A DNA stretch of 64,000 bases from an uncultured Gammaproteobacteria bacterium (GTDB taxonomy: Bacteria; Patescibacteriota; Patescibacteriia; VMEV01; CAYQCH01): contig CAZDCG010000003.1 in the NCBI GenBank assembly GCA_964503955.1, positions 626 to 64,625 of the forward strand. Reading direction: 5' to 3'. Below are positions 1 through 8,655 of this stretch, one piece after another; positions within the stretch are counted from its first letter, which is position 1, and each line of letters begins with the position of its first letter. The notes below the pieces were generated by a model. That model had not been told where the DNA came from, did no database searches, and saw only the letters and a program-made list of their open reading frames with translations. The position numbers were made by a program, and so were the translations under genes.

Positions 1-112
1 TATTGCTTTGAAAGCCTGCGCATTTGGATGAAGCGCTCGGCCCGTGAAAGCAGATCAAGGCTTGATATTTAGCGATGGATTATCAGTGGGGCAGGGAGCT
101 GTTTCTAAAGAC

Positions 113-135
113 GGGCGGAGATCTAACCTCCGCCC
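113..135. repeat. Hairpin repeat copy 1: GGGCGGAG-ATCTAACC-TCCGCCC
   Basis: Perfect inverted repeat GGCGGAG/CTCCGCC with an 8-nt loop. Similar copies at 689 and 1443. A second hairpin GCGGACA...TGTCCGC follows at 142-167. Confidence 0.5.
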
Positions 136-253
136 GACTTTGCGGACAAAGTACAATATCTGTCCGCCAGCCAACTGAGCTTTTGCAAAGATTTGCGATC
201 AGGGGTATGCTCTGATCCAGTTGTCATCTGCAATTTGCGGAAGGGAGGGAGAG

Positions 254-577
254 ATGGCAGAAGACGATGATTTTGAAAATGGCGTACAACGATACACGGG
301 ACATGAAGTCACCTGCGAAGACTTCGTCAACCATGTGATCGTTGCTATCGACGGTCTGGTTCGTGATGAGTCAGACGAGATGGTCTTCAAGCTCGAGGCG
401 CACCAACGAGCTTGCGAAGAGTGCGAGCAGCGCGTCGAACTAGCGCTTAAGACGCTGGGCATCGACTGCGTAGAGGAGTTGGATGCCCGTCAGGAGGCGC
501 ATCTGATGAACGATCGACTCGAACAGGAACGACAGCGGAAAGAGCAGGAGCAGCTCATTCCGCCAACCGAGGTATAA
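254..577 (+). CDS. Hypothetical small acidic protein
   Basis: ORF-track frame 221..577. Internal ATG at 254 (MAEDDDFENG...) is preceded by a GGGAGGGAGAG Shine-Dalgarno sequence. No recognisable domain. Confidence 0.35.
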   Translation: MAEDDDFENGVQRYTGHEVTCEDFVNHVIVAIDGLVRDESDEMVFKLEAHQRACEECEQRVELALKTLGIDCVEELDARQEAHLMNDRLEQERQRKEQEQLIPPTEV

Positions 578-688
578 CCATCGGTGTTGCTATACAGAGG
601 AGGAAAGCGCGTCCAATCCGGGGGGAAGGGCGCGCTTTCATGTTTACTCAGTGTCAAATGCCAGGTTTGATTTTTCCATCGGGTATAT

Positions 689-711
689 AGGCGGAGATGT
701 AACCTCCGCCT
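689..711. repeat. Hairpin repeat copy 2: GGCGGAG-ATGTAACC-TCCGCC
   Basis: Same inverted-repeat arms as 113..135. Intergenic. Confidence 0.5.
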
Positions 712-788
712 GACCTTATGATCTCGTTTGGCTGGCCTTCCATAAAGCGAAGCGCCGCAATCCCGGAAACAGGACTGCGGCGCGATGA

Positions 789-1343
789 TCAGCCTCTTGG
801 TTGCTCCCAAAAGCCATGCGGGCGGCCGATCATGCCCGAACGGTACTCGATGCTTTCAAAGCTGAGCCGCGCGTCGCGTGACGCATGTTCAGCCAGAAAG
901 CGGATCACATGGCGGCCCTGCGGAAGCGTGATTGTCTCAAGCCCGTCAAAGACGAGCTTGCCGGCATCGTTTGCCGGGGCAAGCGCAGCGACCGGTTCGC
1001 CGTCCAGCTCCATGACCAGGCTGCTGGCTCGTCCCTGAAAGGAGAGGCGAAGCCTGCGCAGCTGCATCTCATCGATGCTGATGATGACATGCAGCTCGCC
1101 AAGGACATGCGGCTCGGCCGGGTTGAGCGGCGCGAACTCGATGCTCACCGGCTGAGGACTCGGCCGCGCGGAAGGTTGTGGCCCACCTCCTTCAGACGGC
1201 ATTTGGAACAGGCAGGCTGGCTCGCTGGCCGTGGGGTATCCGCGCATCAGCGTGATGTGAAAGCCCCGCTGCCCGTATTGAGCGCCCGGCATTGCACAGG
1301 CGCTAAGCAAGGCAGACGCAAGAAAGAGCGAGAAACGACGCAT
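789..1343 (-). CDS. Putative lipoprotein, hypothetical
   Basis: ORF 789..1409 (-). The internal Met MRRFSLFLASALLSAC gives a signal peptide with an LSAC lipobox. GC-rich coding sequence. Start moved to the ATG at 1343. Confidence 0.5.
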   Translation of the reverse strand: MRRFSLFLASALLSACAMPGAQYGQRGFHITLMRGYPTASEPACLFQMPSEGGGPQPSARPSPQPVSIEFAPLNPAEPHVLGELHVIISIDEMQLRRLRLSFQGRASSLVMELDGEPVAALAPANDAGKLVFDGLETITLPQGRHVIRFLAEHASRDARLSFESIEYRSGMIGRPHGFWEQPRG

Positions 1344-1442
1344 CGTTGCCTCTCTGTGGTTTGGCGGTCGTTGATCGATGTTTATAACATGCCAATGCGG
1401 GCAAGTCAAAGGCAGCGTTGTCAGGAGAAGACACGAAAAAAC

Positions 1443-1465
1443 AGACGGAGATAAAACCTCCGCCT
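1443..1465. repeat. Hairpin repeat copy 3 (degenerate): GACGGAG-ATAAAACC-TCCGCC
   Basis: Imperfect copy of the 113/689 motif. Intergenic. Confidence 0.4.
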
Positions 1466-1499
1466 GTCATACACAGCATTCGTTAAGCTCGAGTGAACA

Positions 1500-1766
1500 T
1501 TACATGGCAAAACGCCGGCGCCATTCCTGCGGGTGCATCATCGCCCATTTGATCAGGCTGATAATGGCCAGCAGTTCGGGTATGAAGGTCCAGGAGAACA
1601 AGAAATAGACCACGCCTTTTTTAATGCGGCCAAGATAGAACCAGTGTGCGCCAAAGCCGCCGAGCAGCAGAGCCAAAGCCATGGCCAGGCCGCGTTTCTT
1701 TTCATGCTTTTCGCCTAAATCCCTGGTTTTCCATTTGATCTGTTGTTTTGTAAGCCAATTCATAAA
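1500..1766 (-). CDS. TM2 domain-containing membrane protein
   Basis: Motif GGFGAHWFYLGRIKKG is characteristic of the TM2 domain. GAGGTG Shine-Dalgarno sequence before the ATG at 1766 (MFMNW...). Confidence 0.55.
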   Translation of the reverse strand, partial: FMNWLTKQQIKWKTRDLGEKHEKKRGLAMALALLLGGFGAHWFYLGRIKKGVVYFLFSWTFIPELLAIISLIKWAMMHPQEWRRRFAM

Positions 1767-1875
1767 CATTGTTTGCACCTCGCTGTCCGTACATACTACT
1801 TGAGAAAGAGGATGTTTCAGCAAGTGCCACCCCTTTATACCCCTCCTAAGTTGGGGGGGTGGATCTCACCCCCTA

Positions 1876-1902
1876 GCCCCCTCTCTTCAAAAGAGAGGGG
1901 GC
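1876..1902. repeat. Palindromic repeat family CCCCCTCT-loop-AGAGGGGG, copy 1
   Basis: gCCCCCTCTCTTCAAAAGAGAGGGGGc. Related copies at 13004..13056, 32979..32999 and 45387..45450. Confidence 0.5.
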
Positions 1903-1989
1903 ACGCTCTTCCTTAAGGTCTATTACAAACACGAACGCCGCATACCGCCCGGGAGTGGGCAGCATGCGGCGTATTGATCGGCCGGGACG

Positions 1990-2169
1990 CTAGTCGTCCT
2001 CATCGTTGCGGTCGTTGTCCTCCTCCTCGCGGGGATTGACCGCGTAGCCGCCATGGCAGCGGCAGGTGCAGTCGGGATCCTCGCACTCTTCGCCTTCGCA
2101 GTACTCGTCGTCGCAGCCGCTCAGCGAGAGGCTCTCTTCGTCTTCATCTTCGGGAAATACCTCGGACAT
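1990..2169 (-). CDS. Small acidic Cys-rich protein (59 aa), hypothetical
   Basis: Translated by hand: MSEVFPEDEDEESLSLSGCDDEYCEGEECEDPDCTCRCHGGYAVNPREEEDNDRNDEDD*. GAGGTG Shine-Dalgarno sequence 4 nt upstream. At 59 aa it falls below the ORF-track cutoff. Divergent from mod. Confidence 0.4.
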   Translation of the reverse strand: MSEVFPEDEDEESLSLSGCDDEYCEGEECEDPDCTCRCHGGYAVNPREEEDNDRNDEDD

Positions 2170-2304
2170 AGCTCACCTCGTATGGCTGAAAACTTCCGGT
2201 TCGGGACAGGGTTTTTTACCAAGAAAAAGCCTTGGAGTCAAGGCATTTGCGGCATGTCAAGGATGGGAGAATGTGGTAAGGTATCTGAAGAAATAAATCG
2301 CTAT

Positions 2305-4233
2305 ATGCCTAAGAAACTCAAAGCAGCCAAAAAACTCTCCGGCGAATCCTTCCTGCCACAACAGGAACTTTTGGATCAGCTGAGAAAGAATTTTCCCGAA
2401 ATTTTTTCCGAGGGAAAAATTGATGTTAAGAAACTGAAAAAAACATTTGGCGAGCAGGTTGATGAAAGCGAAGAACGATATGGTTTAACCTGGGCGGGCA
2501 AAACAGATTGCTTTAGAGAGATTCAGGAACCTACAACCTGTACTTTAGTGCCTGATAAAAAAGAATCTGTTGATTTTGATAAAACCGAAAACATTTTTAT
2601 TGAAGGAGATAATCTCGAAGTACTAAAAGTTTTACAAAGATCGTACTACGGTAAGATCAAAATGATCTATATCGATCCTCCATACAATACCGGCAACGAT
2701 TTCGTTTACAATGACAATTTCAAAGAGAGCAAGGCAGATTATCGCGAGCGATCAGGGCAAAATGATAATTGCCGGCAGACGGCTTTGCAAAAGAATACGA
2801 AAGACAGCGGGCATTTTCACTCCAATTGGCTGAACATGATGTATCCGCGTCTGTTTCTGGCAAGAAATCTTCTCCGTCAGGACGGTGTCATTTTCATCTC
2901 CATTGATGACAATGAGGTTCATAATCTTAGGATGATCATGAATGAGATTTTTGGAGAAGAGAATTCTCTGACTGAGTCACCAACTGCTTTGATTTGGCAA
3001 AGATCTGGCACTACTGCAGGTCATTTTTCCAATGCACATGAATACATACTTTGCTATGCAAAAAGTAAGGTTGATACCCCATTCTTCCATTTGAAAGATT
3101 ATGGTTCTGAAAAGATCATTTCTCATGGAGCGTTAAAAAAGATCAGTCGAGCAAATCCAGAAAGTGAGATCACTTTTCCTGCTGGCATGGATTTTGAAGG
3201 AGAAGATGCTACGTTTGAGGGAGTCATTGGTGGCTCTGAAAAGCAAACGATAAATGGAAAGATGATATTCAAAGGAGGGAAATTACAGAAGCCCGTAAGC
3301 ATTTCTGCGGGTTGGGGAATGAAAGAACAAGTTTTATCATGGATTTCAGGCGAAGACACGTTCGACACAAAAGGGCAGAGAGTTCTAAGGTTTTATTTCA
3401 ACAAGGAAGGAATACTTTGGTATGAGAAAGAGCGTGGTACTGTGCACCCAAAAACTATCTTACCGTCAAATCTTGGCTCGACAAAAACGGGAACTCAAGA
3501 GTTGGTAACTTTGTTTGGATCTAAATTCTTTGATTATCCAAAGCCAAGTGCGCTATTACGTTATCTGGCGAGCTTCTCCTCGCATGAAGACGATATCATG
3601 CTTGATTTCTTTGCTGGCACAGGAACAACTGCCCATGCAGTAATGGCTCTAAATGCTGAAGATGGAGGGAATCGAAAATGCATTAGCGTGCAATTGGATG
3701 AGCCGACAGATGAGAATTCAGAAGCGTATAAAGCCGGCTATAAAAATATCGCCCAGCTTGCGCGTGAACGTATTCGCAGGGCAGCCAAAGAGATTAAAAA
3801 GGAGCATAAAGATAAAAAATTGGATCTTGGTTTTAAGGCATTCAAAATTCATAAGAGCAATTTCAAGATCTGGGAAAATAACATTCAAAACGAAAAAGAA
3901 TTGCTTGAGCAGATGAAAATGTCTATCGATAATCTGAAAAAGGGAGCAAAAATGGAAAATGTGCTTTATGAGCTCATCTTAAAGCTTGGTCTGGATTTGA
4001 ATATTCAAACAGAAAAGAAAACTGTGGCCAAGAAAGAATATTTTCTCTTGAACGAGGGAGAAGTGGCTATTTGTCTTGAAGAAAAGATCAATCAGCAGCT
4101 TATTGATGCAATCGTAAAAGATAAACCGGTAAGATTTGTTTGCCTCGAACATGCTTTTGCCAAGAATGATGAACTCAAAACAAATGCTCTCTTGCAAATG
4201 GAGCAGATGGGGATTGATTTCAGGGTGGTATGA
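2305..4233 (+). CDS. mod: Type III restriction-modification methyltransferase (Mod), N6-adenine, beta class
   Basis: DPPYNTG motif IV precedes FFAGTGTT motif I. N-terminus MPKKLKAAKK is typical of Mod. ORF-track frame 2053..4233. The upstream 84 codons were rejected because they overlap the minus-strand small gene. Start uncertain (2263 or 2305). Confidence 0.8.
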   Translation: MPKKLKAAKKLSGESFLPQQELLDQLRKNFPEIFSEGKIDVKKLKKTFGEQVDESEERYGLTWAGKTDCFREIQEPTTCTLVPDKKESVDFDKTENIFIEGDNLEVLKVLQRSYYGKIKMIYIDPPYNTGNDFVYNDNFKESKADYRERSGQNDNCRQTALQKNTKDSGHFHSNWLNMMYPRLFLARNLLRQDGVIFISIDDNEVHNLRMIMNEIFGEENSLTESPTALIWQRSGTTAGHFSNAHEYILCYAKSKVDTPFFHLKDYGSEKIISHGALKKISRANPESEITFPAGMDFEGEDATFEGVIGGSEKQTINGKMIFKGGKLQKPVSISAGWGMKEQVLSWISGEDTFDTKGQRVLRFYFNKEGILWYEKERGTVHPKTILPSNLGSTKTGTQELVTLFGSKFFDYPKPSALLRYLASFSSHEDDIMLDFFAGTGTTAHAVMALNAEDGGNRKCISVQLDEPTDENSEAYKAGYKNIAQLARERIRRAAKEIKKEHKDKKLDLGFKAFKIHKSNFKIWENNIQNEKELLEQMKMSIDNLKKGAKMENVLYELILKLGLDLNIQTEKKTVAKKEYFLLNEGEVAICLEEKINQQLIDAIVKDKPVRFVCLEHAFAKNDELKTNALLQMEQMGIDFRVV

Positions 4234-5012
4234 GGAAGAAGATAAAAAAAGAACTACACTTTTTTGTCGACGAAGCAGGAGACCCTGTTTTCTTTAATCG
4301 AAAGGGGCAATTGATCGTTGGGCAGGAAGGTTGCTCAAAAACTTTGCTTCTCGGGTTCGTTATGACGGAGGATCCAAAAGCGTTGAGAAAATCTCTGTTG
4401 AGTTTGCATAAAGATGTTATAAATGATCCGTATTTGCAAGATATACCTTCGATTCAAAAAACAAAGGTCGGATTTCATGCCAAAGATGATTGCCCGGAGG
4501 TGAGAGAAAAAGTATACAAACGAATAAAAGAAATGGATTTTACTGCCGAGTTCATTATTGCAAGAAAACTGGAAAAGACGTTTCGAAACAGGCACAAATC
4601 AAAAACAACAATTTTTTACGACGACCTTGTCACAAAATTATTCAAAAACAAACTTCATTTGGCTGAAAAAAATTACATAACCTACGCCTCAAGAGGAAAT
4701 AGAAAGAGGGAAGAGCCCTTCTCAGATGCCCTGCAGGTAGCGATCAATGATTTTGAAAAACAGTGGAAGACAAAAGTAGACAGTGAATACAAGGTAGAGG
4801 CGCATCGCCCTTCGGGCGAACCTTGCCTTCAAGTGGTGGATTATATGAATTGGGCGGTACAAAGAGCATTTGAACGAGGAGAAATGAGATATTTCAACTA
4901 TGTAAAAGAGAAGGTCAAATTTCTAGTAGATATTTACGACTTTGATAAGTACCCGACAAATTTCTATAACTCAAAAAACCAATTTGATATAACAAAAATG
5001 AGCCCCCTATAG
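4230..5012 (+). CDS. DUF3800-like protein embedded in the Type III R-M operon
   Basis: N-terminal FFVDEAGD matches the DUF3800 DESG signature. C-terminal LQVVDYMNWAVQR matches the GLQxAD motif. Start overlaps the mod stop (ATGA at 4230-4233). Confidence 0.6.
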   Translation: MRKKIKKELHFFVDEAGDPVFFNRKGQLIVGQEGCSKTLLLGFVMTEDPKALRKSLLSLHKDVINDPYLQDIPSIQKTKVGFHAKDDCPEVREKVYKRIKEMDFTAEFIIARKLEKTFRNRHKSKTTIFYDDLVTKLFKNKLHLAEKNYITYASRGNRKREEPFSDALQVAINDFEKQWKTKVDSEYKVEAHRPSGEPCLQVVDYMNWAVQRAFERGEMRYFNYVKEKVKFLVDIYDFDKYPTNFYNSKNQFDITKMSPL

Positions 5013-5122
5013 CTAGGTCTTTCGGACGCATGGCGTGAAGCCAGCTTTCGCATATAGGAGACTCACTCGTGCTTATATCATATCAGACTTCTCAAGAATT
5101 GTGGAGAGGTTGTGGATAACCT

Positions 5123-7762
5123 ATGAAAATTCAATTTGAATCCAATCAACAGTATCAAATTGATGCTGTAAACGCGGTCGTTAATGTCTTCAAGGGGCAA
5201 CCCGCTGAAGAGAGCTTTTTTCATAGCGAAATGTCGCAGCCGGATGGCCGCTTGCCTTTGAACGGACAGATGGTTGTGGCAAATCGCCTTGTCTTATCGG
5301 ATGAGACCCTGCTAAACAATGTTCAGCAGGTGCAAAAAGAAAATAGCTTAGGTTTATCTGAAAGATTAGGAAAAAGAAATTTCACGGTAGAAATGGAAAC
5401 AGGTACGGGAAAAACCTATGTCTACTTACGAACCATCCATGAGTTAAACCAGCGATACGGTTTTTCAAAATTTATCATTGTTGTTCCAAGCATCGCGATC
5501 AAAGAAGGGATAATCAAGAATCTTGAAATCACCAGAGAACATTTCGACACCCTCTTTGAGCATCCTGAAATGGATTTTTATGTCTGGAATCCGAAGAAAA
5601 AAGGCCAGGCCAGAAACTTTGCCACAGCAAACTCTTTGCAAATTCTTGTCATGAATGTTCAGGCATTCGCCGGGAAGGGAAGAATCATCCATCAAGAAAG
5701 TGACTGGGGCGTGCCGATTGATTTTCTGAAAGCAACCAATCCGATTTTGATTATCGACGAACCTCAGAATATGGAATCGGACATTCGTCGCAATGCCATT
5801 GAAGAGTTAAATCCTCTTTGCACATTACGTTATTCTGCTACCCACAAAGAGCCTTATAATCTGGTGTATAAACTGGATCCCGTAAAGGCGTATGATTTGG
5901 GCCTTGTGAAGAAAATTGAAGTTGATTCCATTATTGAAGAAGATAATCAAAACGGAGCCTTTGTGCAGCTCATTGATGTTGTCATGAAAGGGCGCATTCC
6001 AAAAGCGAAAATCAGAATCAAATCGCAGGAAACAGTGGGAATAAAGGATAAGGACGTATCTGTAAAGGTAGAAGACAATCTATTTCACATCACAAATGAA
6101 CATTCCATGTACCGAGATGGATTTATCGTTGAAGAAATCGATGCGCAGGAAAAGAAGATCAAATTCACGAACGGAGTTGTGCTTTACTCCGGAGAAACCA
6201 ACGGAAGAGATCGTGATGAGATTATGAAATTTCAGATTCTTCGAACCGTGCAAAACCATTTCAACAAAGAATTGATGTTGGAAAACAGTGGGGTGAAAGT
6301 TCTCACACTCTTTTTCATTGATAAAGTAGAGAATTATAGAAGCTACGAAAATGGCAGCGCAGTAAAAGGGAAAATCGCGAAATGGTTTGAAGAGGCTTAC
6401 AACGAAGTGACCAAAAATCCTCAATATAAATCATTGTGCCCATTTGACGCTCATGAAGTTCACAATGGGTATTTCTCTCAAGATAAAAAAGGGCTGTTGA
6501 AGAATACGAGCGGGCGCACAGAAGCAGACAATGATACCTACGCGCTTATCATGAAAGATAAGGAAAGGTTGCTTAGCCTTTCTGAACCATTAAGGTTTAT
6601 CTTCTCTCACTCTGCTCTCACCGAAGGCTGGGATAATCCAAATGTTTTTCAGATTTGTACGCTGAATGAAGTAAGTTCTGAAATGAAAAAGCGTCAGCAG
6701 ATCGGGCGAGGACTTCGCTTACCGGTTAATGACGAAGGGAAACGAGTCACAGATTCTGATGTGAATATCTTGACCGTGATTGCAAATGAAAGCTATGAGG
6801 GATTTGCGCGATCTCTACAAAAGGAGATCGAAGAAGAAACAGGGGTCACCTTTTCAGGGCGAATTAAACCAGCTCGGGAACGACGTACCTTGCGTGTGGG
6901 GAAAAAAGCGCTACTTAACCCCGATTTTCAGGAACTTTGGAAAAGAATTAACAAGAAAACGATCTATCGTGTTCAATTCAGCACGGAAGAATTGATTGAA
7001 AAGGCGGCTGAAAAGTTGAAAGAAGATATCGAGGTGAAATCACCAAAGTTCTTAAGTATCCGTGCCTCCATTGATCTGAAATCCGAGGGGGTAAAATCAA
7101 ATGTAAAAGCGGTTCATAGTAGAATCGCTTCTGCATCTAAAGCGGCGGTTCCGGATGTTCTAACCTACATACAAAAGAAAACGAAACTTAGTAAGCAAAC
7201 GGTTTTTGAAATGATTGAAAAGTCCGATACGGCGAAGGAGATCTTGAAGAACCCCCAGCAGTACATGGATCAGGCAGAGAAGTTGATCAAAAATGTTCTG
7301 GGGCAGTTAATGATTGAGGGGATCAAATACGAAAAAATTGCCGGACAATCCTGGGAAATGCGGTTGTTTGAGGAGCAGGAAATTCAGACCTATCTTAGCA
7401 ATCTGTATCACGTACGAAATGAGGAGAAAACAATCTATGATCATGTGGTCATCGATTCAGCGGTGGAAAGCTCCTTTGCGAAAGAATTGGATAGCCGTGA
7501 AGACGTGAAATTCTATCTGAAGCTACCAAACTGGTTCAAGATCCCAACCCCCATCGGAAGCTATAATCCCGACTGGGCTATCGTCTTTCACAAAGATAAA
7601 CGAATCTATTTTGTCGCCGAAACGAAAGGAGATGGCGAATTGCGCCCTTCCGAAGAATTCAAGATTGCATGCGGGAAGAAGCATTTTGAAGAATTGAAGG
7701 GTGTTCACTATCAGAAAGTACTCGTAAAAGGTGATCAATCAAATGTCGATCGGTATCTGTAA
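5123..7762 (+). CDS. res: Type III restriction enzyme Res subunit (SF2 helicase + PD-(D/E)xK)
   Basis: ETGTGKT Walker A and IIDEPQN DEAH-like box. C-terminal YNPDWAIVFH...ETKG nuclease motif. 879 aa. Confidence 0.8.
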   Translation: MKIQFESNQQYQIDAVNAVVNVFKGQPAEESFFHSEMSQPDGRLPLNGQMVVANRLVLSDETLLNNVQQVQKENSLGLSERLGKRNFTVEMETGTGKTYVYLRTIHELNQRYGFSKFIIVVPSIAIKEGIIKNLEITREHFDTLFEHPEMDFYVWNPKKKGQARNFATANSLQILVMNVQAFAGKGRIIHQESDWGVPIDFLKATNPILIIDEPQNMESDIRRNAIEELNPLCTLRYSATHKEPYNLVYKLDPVKAYDLGLVKKIEVDSIIEEDNQNGAFVQLIDVVMKGRIPKAKIRIKSQETVGIKDKDVSVKVEDNLFHITNEHSMYRDGFIVEEIDAQEKKIKFTNGVVLYSGETNGRDRDEIMKFQILRTVQNHFNKELMLENSGVKVLTLFFIDKVENYRSYENGSAVKGKIAKWFEEAYNEVTKNPQYKSLCPFDAHEVHNGYFSQDKKGLLKNTSGRTEADNDTYALIMKDKERLLSLSEPLRFIFSHSALTEGWDNPNVFQICTLNEVSSEMKKRQQIGRGLRLPVNDEGKRVTDSDVNILTVIANESYEGFARSLQKEIEEETGVTFSGRIKPARERRTLRVGKKALLNPDFQELWKRINKKTIYRVQFSTEELIEKAAEKLKEDIEVKSPKFLSIRASIDLKSEGVKSNVKAVHSRIASASKAAVPDVLTYIQKKTKLSKQTVFEMIEKSDTAKEILKNPQQYMDQAEKLIKNVLGQLMIEGIKYEKIAGQSWEMRLFEEQEIQTYLSNLYHVRNEEKTIYDHVVIDSAVESSFAKELDSREDVKFYLKLPNWFKIPTPIGSYNPDWAIVFHKDKRIYFVAETKGDGELRPSEEFKIACGKKHFEELKGVHYQKVLVKGDQSNVDRYL

Positions 7763-7775
7763 ACTCATTCTGCTT

Positions 7776-7988
7776 ATGAGCATTAAAGATTCCCTGAAAG
7801 AGATCAGACGGTTGAGAAGACAATGGCGGGCAAATAGCTTTACAGCCAAAGAGCTGCAGAGAAAATATGGTTTAACTGAACAGCAAATCAGCAGGTTGAC
7901 ACCTGATCATCAATTTGGAGAAGAACGCTATTCTAAACCACATGTGTTATATATGGTGAGCATAATGTGCAAAGAGAAGGGGGAATGA
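7776..7988 (+). CDS. Hypothetical small protein, possible HTH
   Basis: FTAKELQRKYGLTEQQISRL is helix-turn-helix-like. Overlaps the res 3' end. Weak. Confidence 0.2.
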   Translation: MSIKDSLKEIRRLRRQWRANSFTAKELQRKYGLTEQQISRLTPDHQFGEERYSKPHVLYMVSIMCKEKGE

Positions 7989-8014
7989 CCTCTCCCTATC
8001 ATCATATCGAAATT

Positions 8015-8046
8015 CCGCAGCGGCGTATTGCAAAACGCCGCTGCGG
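8015..8046. repeat. REP-like palindrome upstream of the transposase
   Basis: CCGCAGCGGCG-TATTGCAAAA-CGCCGCTGCGG. Its first 19 nt recur inside the transposase gene at 8361..8379. Confidence 0.55.
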
Positions 8047-8055
8047 GCAAAATCA

Positions 8056-8064
8056 TGCTATAAT
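8056..8064 (+). promoter_or_regulatory. Putative extended -10 (TGcTATAAT) for the transposase gene
   Basis: TGCTATAAT lies 34 nt upstream of the ATG at 8098. No clear -35. Confidence 0.25.
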
Positions 8065-8097
8065 ACACATGCCCACACCCCGAACCAGGGGTGTTTT

Positions 8098-8592
8098 ATG
8101 TTGAAAAATCGCCAGTCGTCGAGATTGAAAGGATACGATTATGCGCAGCCGGGATCTTATTTTGTCACCCTCGTGACAAAATTCAGGTACCCGTTCTTTG
8201 GTAGAGTTATCAAAGGAAAAATGCATTTAAGCCGAATGGGATTTGTGGTCAGACGTGAATGGGACCGTACACTCATCATACGAAAAAACGTTGAACTAGA
8301 TGCATTCATCATCATGCCTGATCATCTGCATGGAATCATTCATATCAAATATGCCCATCCCCGCAGCGGCGTATTGCAATGCGCCCCTGCGGGATTTGTT
8401 TCACCGTCGCAAACGTTGGGGGCGATTATTCGAGGCTTTAAATCCGCTGTTACCAAAAAAATTCACGTGATGGGAAACGAAGAATTTTCCTGGCAACGAA
8501 ATTTTCATGATCGTATTATCCGTGATGAACAATCATTGCATCAGATCCGTGAATACATTCGATTAAATCCAAAAAACTGGAAAAGTCTTTAA
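8098..8592 (+). CDS. IS200-like HUH tyrosine transposase (Y1 family, COG1943), possibly REP-associated (RAYT-like)
   Basis: HUH motif MPDHLHGIIH. C-terminal catalytic Tyr context REYIRLNP. N-terminal LKGYDYAQPGSYFVTLVT. Contains the internal palindrome 8359..8393. Confidence 0.7.
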   Translation: MLKNRQSSRLKGYDYAQPGSYFVTLVTKFRYPFFGRVIKGKMHLSRMGFVVRREWDRTLIIRKNVELDAFIIMPDHLHGIIHIKYAHPRSGVLQCAPAGFVSPSQTLGAIIRGFKSAVTKKIHVMGNEEFSWQRNFHDRIIRDEQSLHQIREYIRLNPKNWKSL

Positions 8593-8599
8593 AACGCTT

Positions 8600-8650
8600 C
8601 CACCCCCACCGCCATCCGTCCGGGAAGGACTTCAGGCGATGGGGGTGGTG
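8600..8650. repeat. GC-rich stem-loop element E1, immediately 3' of the 247-aa gene
   Basis: CCACCCCCACCGCC...GGCGATGGGGGTGG gives a ~14-bp stem with a 21-nt loop. About 80% identical to E2 at 9499..9552. Confidence 0.55.
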
Positions 8651-8655
8651 AGTTG

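Noticed and set aside
2053-2304. 84-codon N-terminal extension of the mod ORF
   Set aside because: The hydrophobic or odd sequence overlaps the convincing minus-strand small gene (1990..2169). The Mod N-terminus MPKKLKAAKK is typical.
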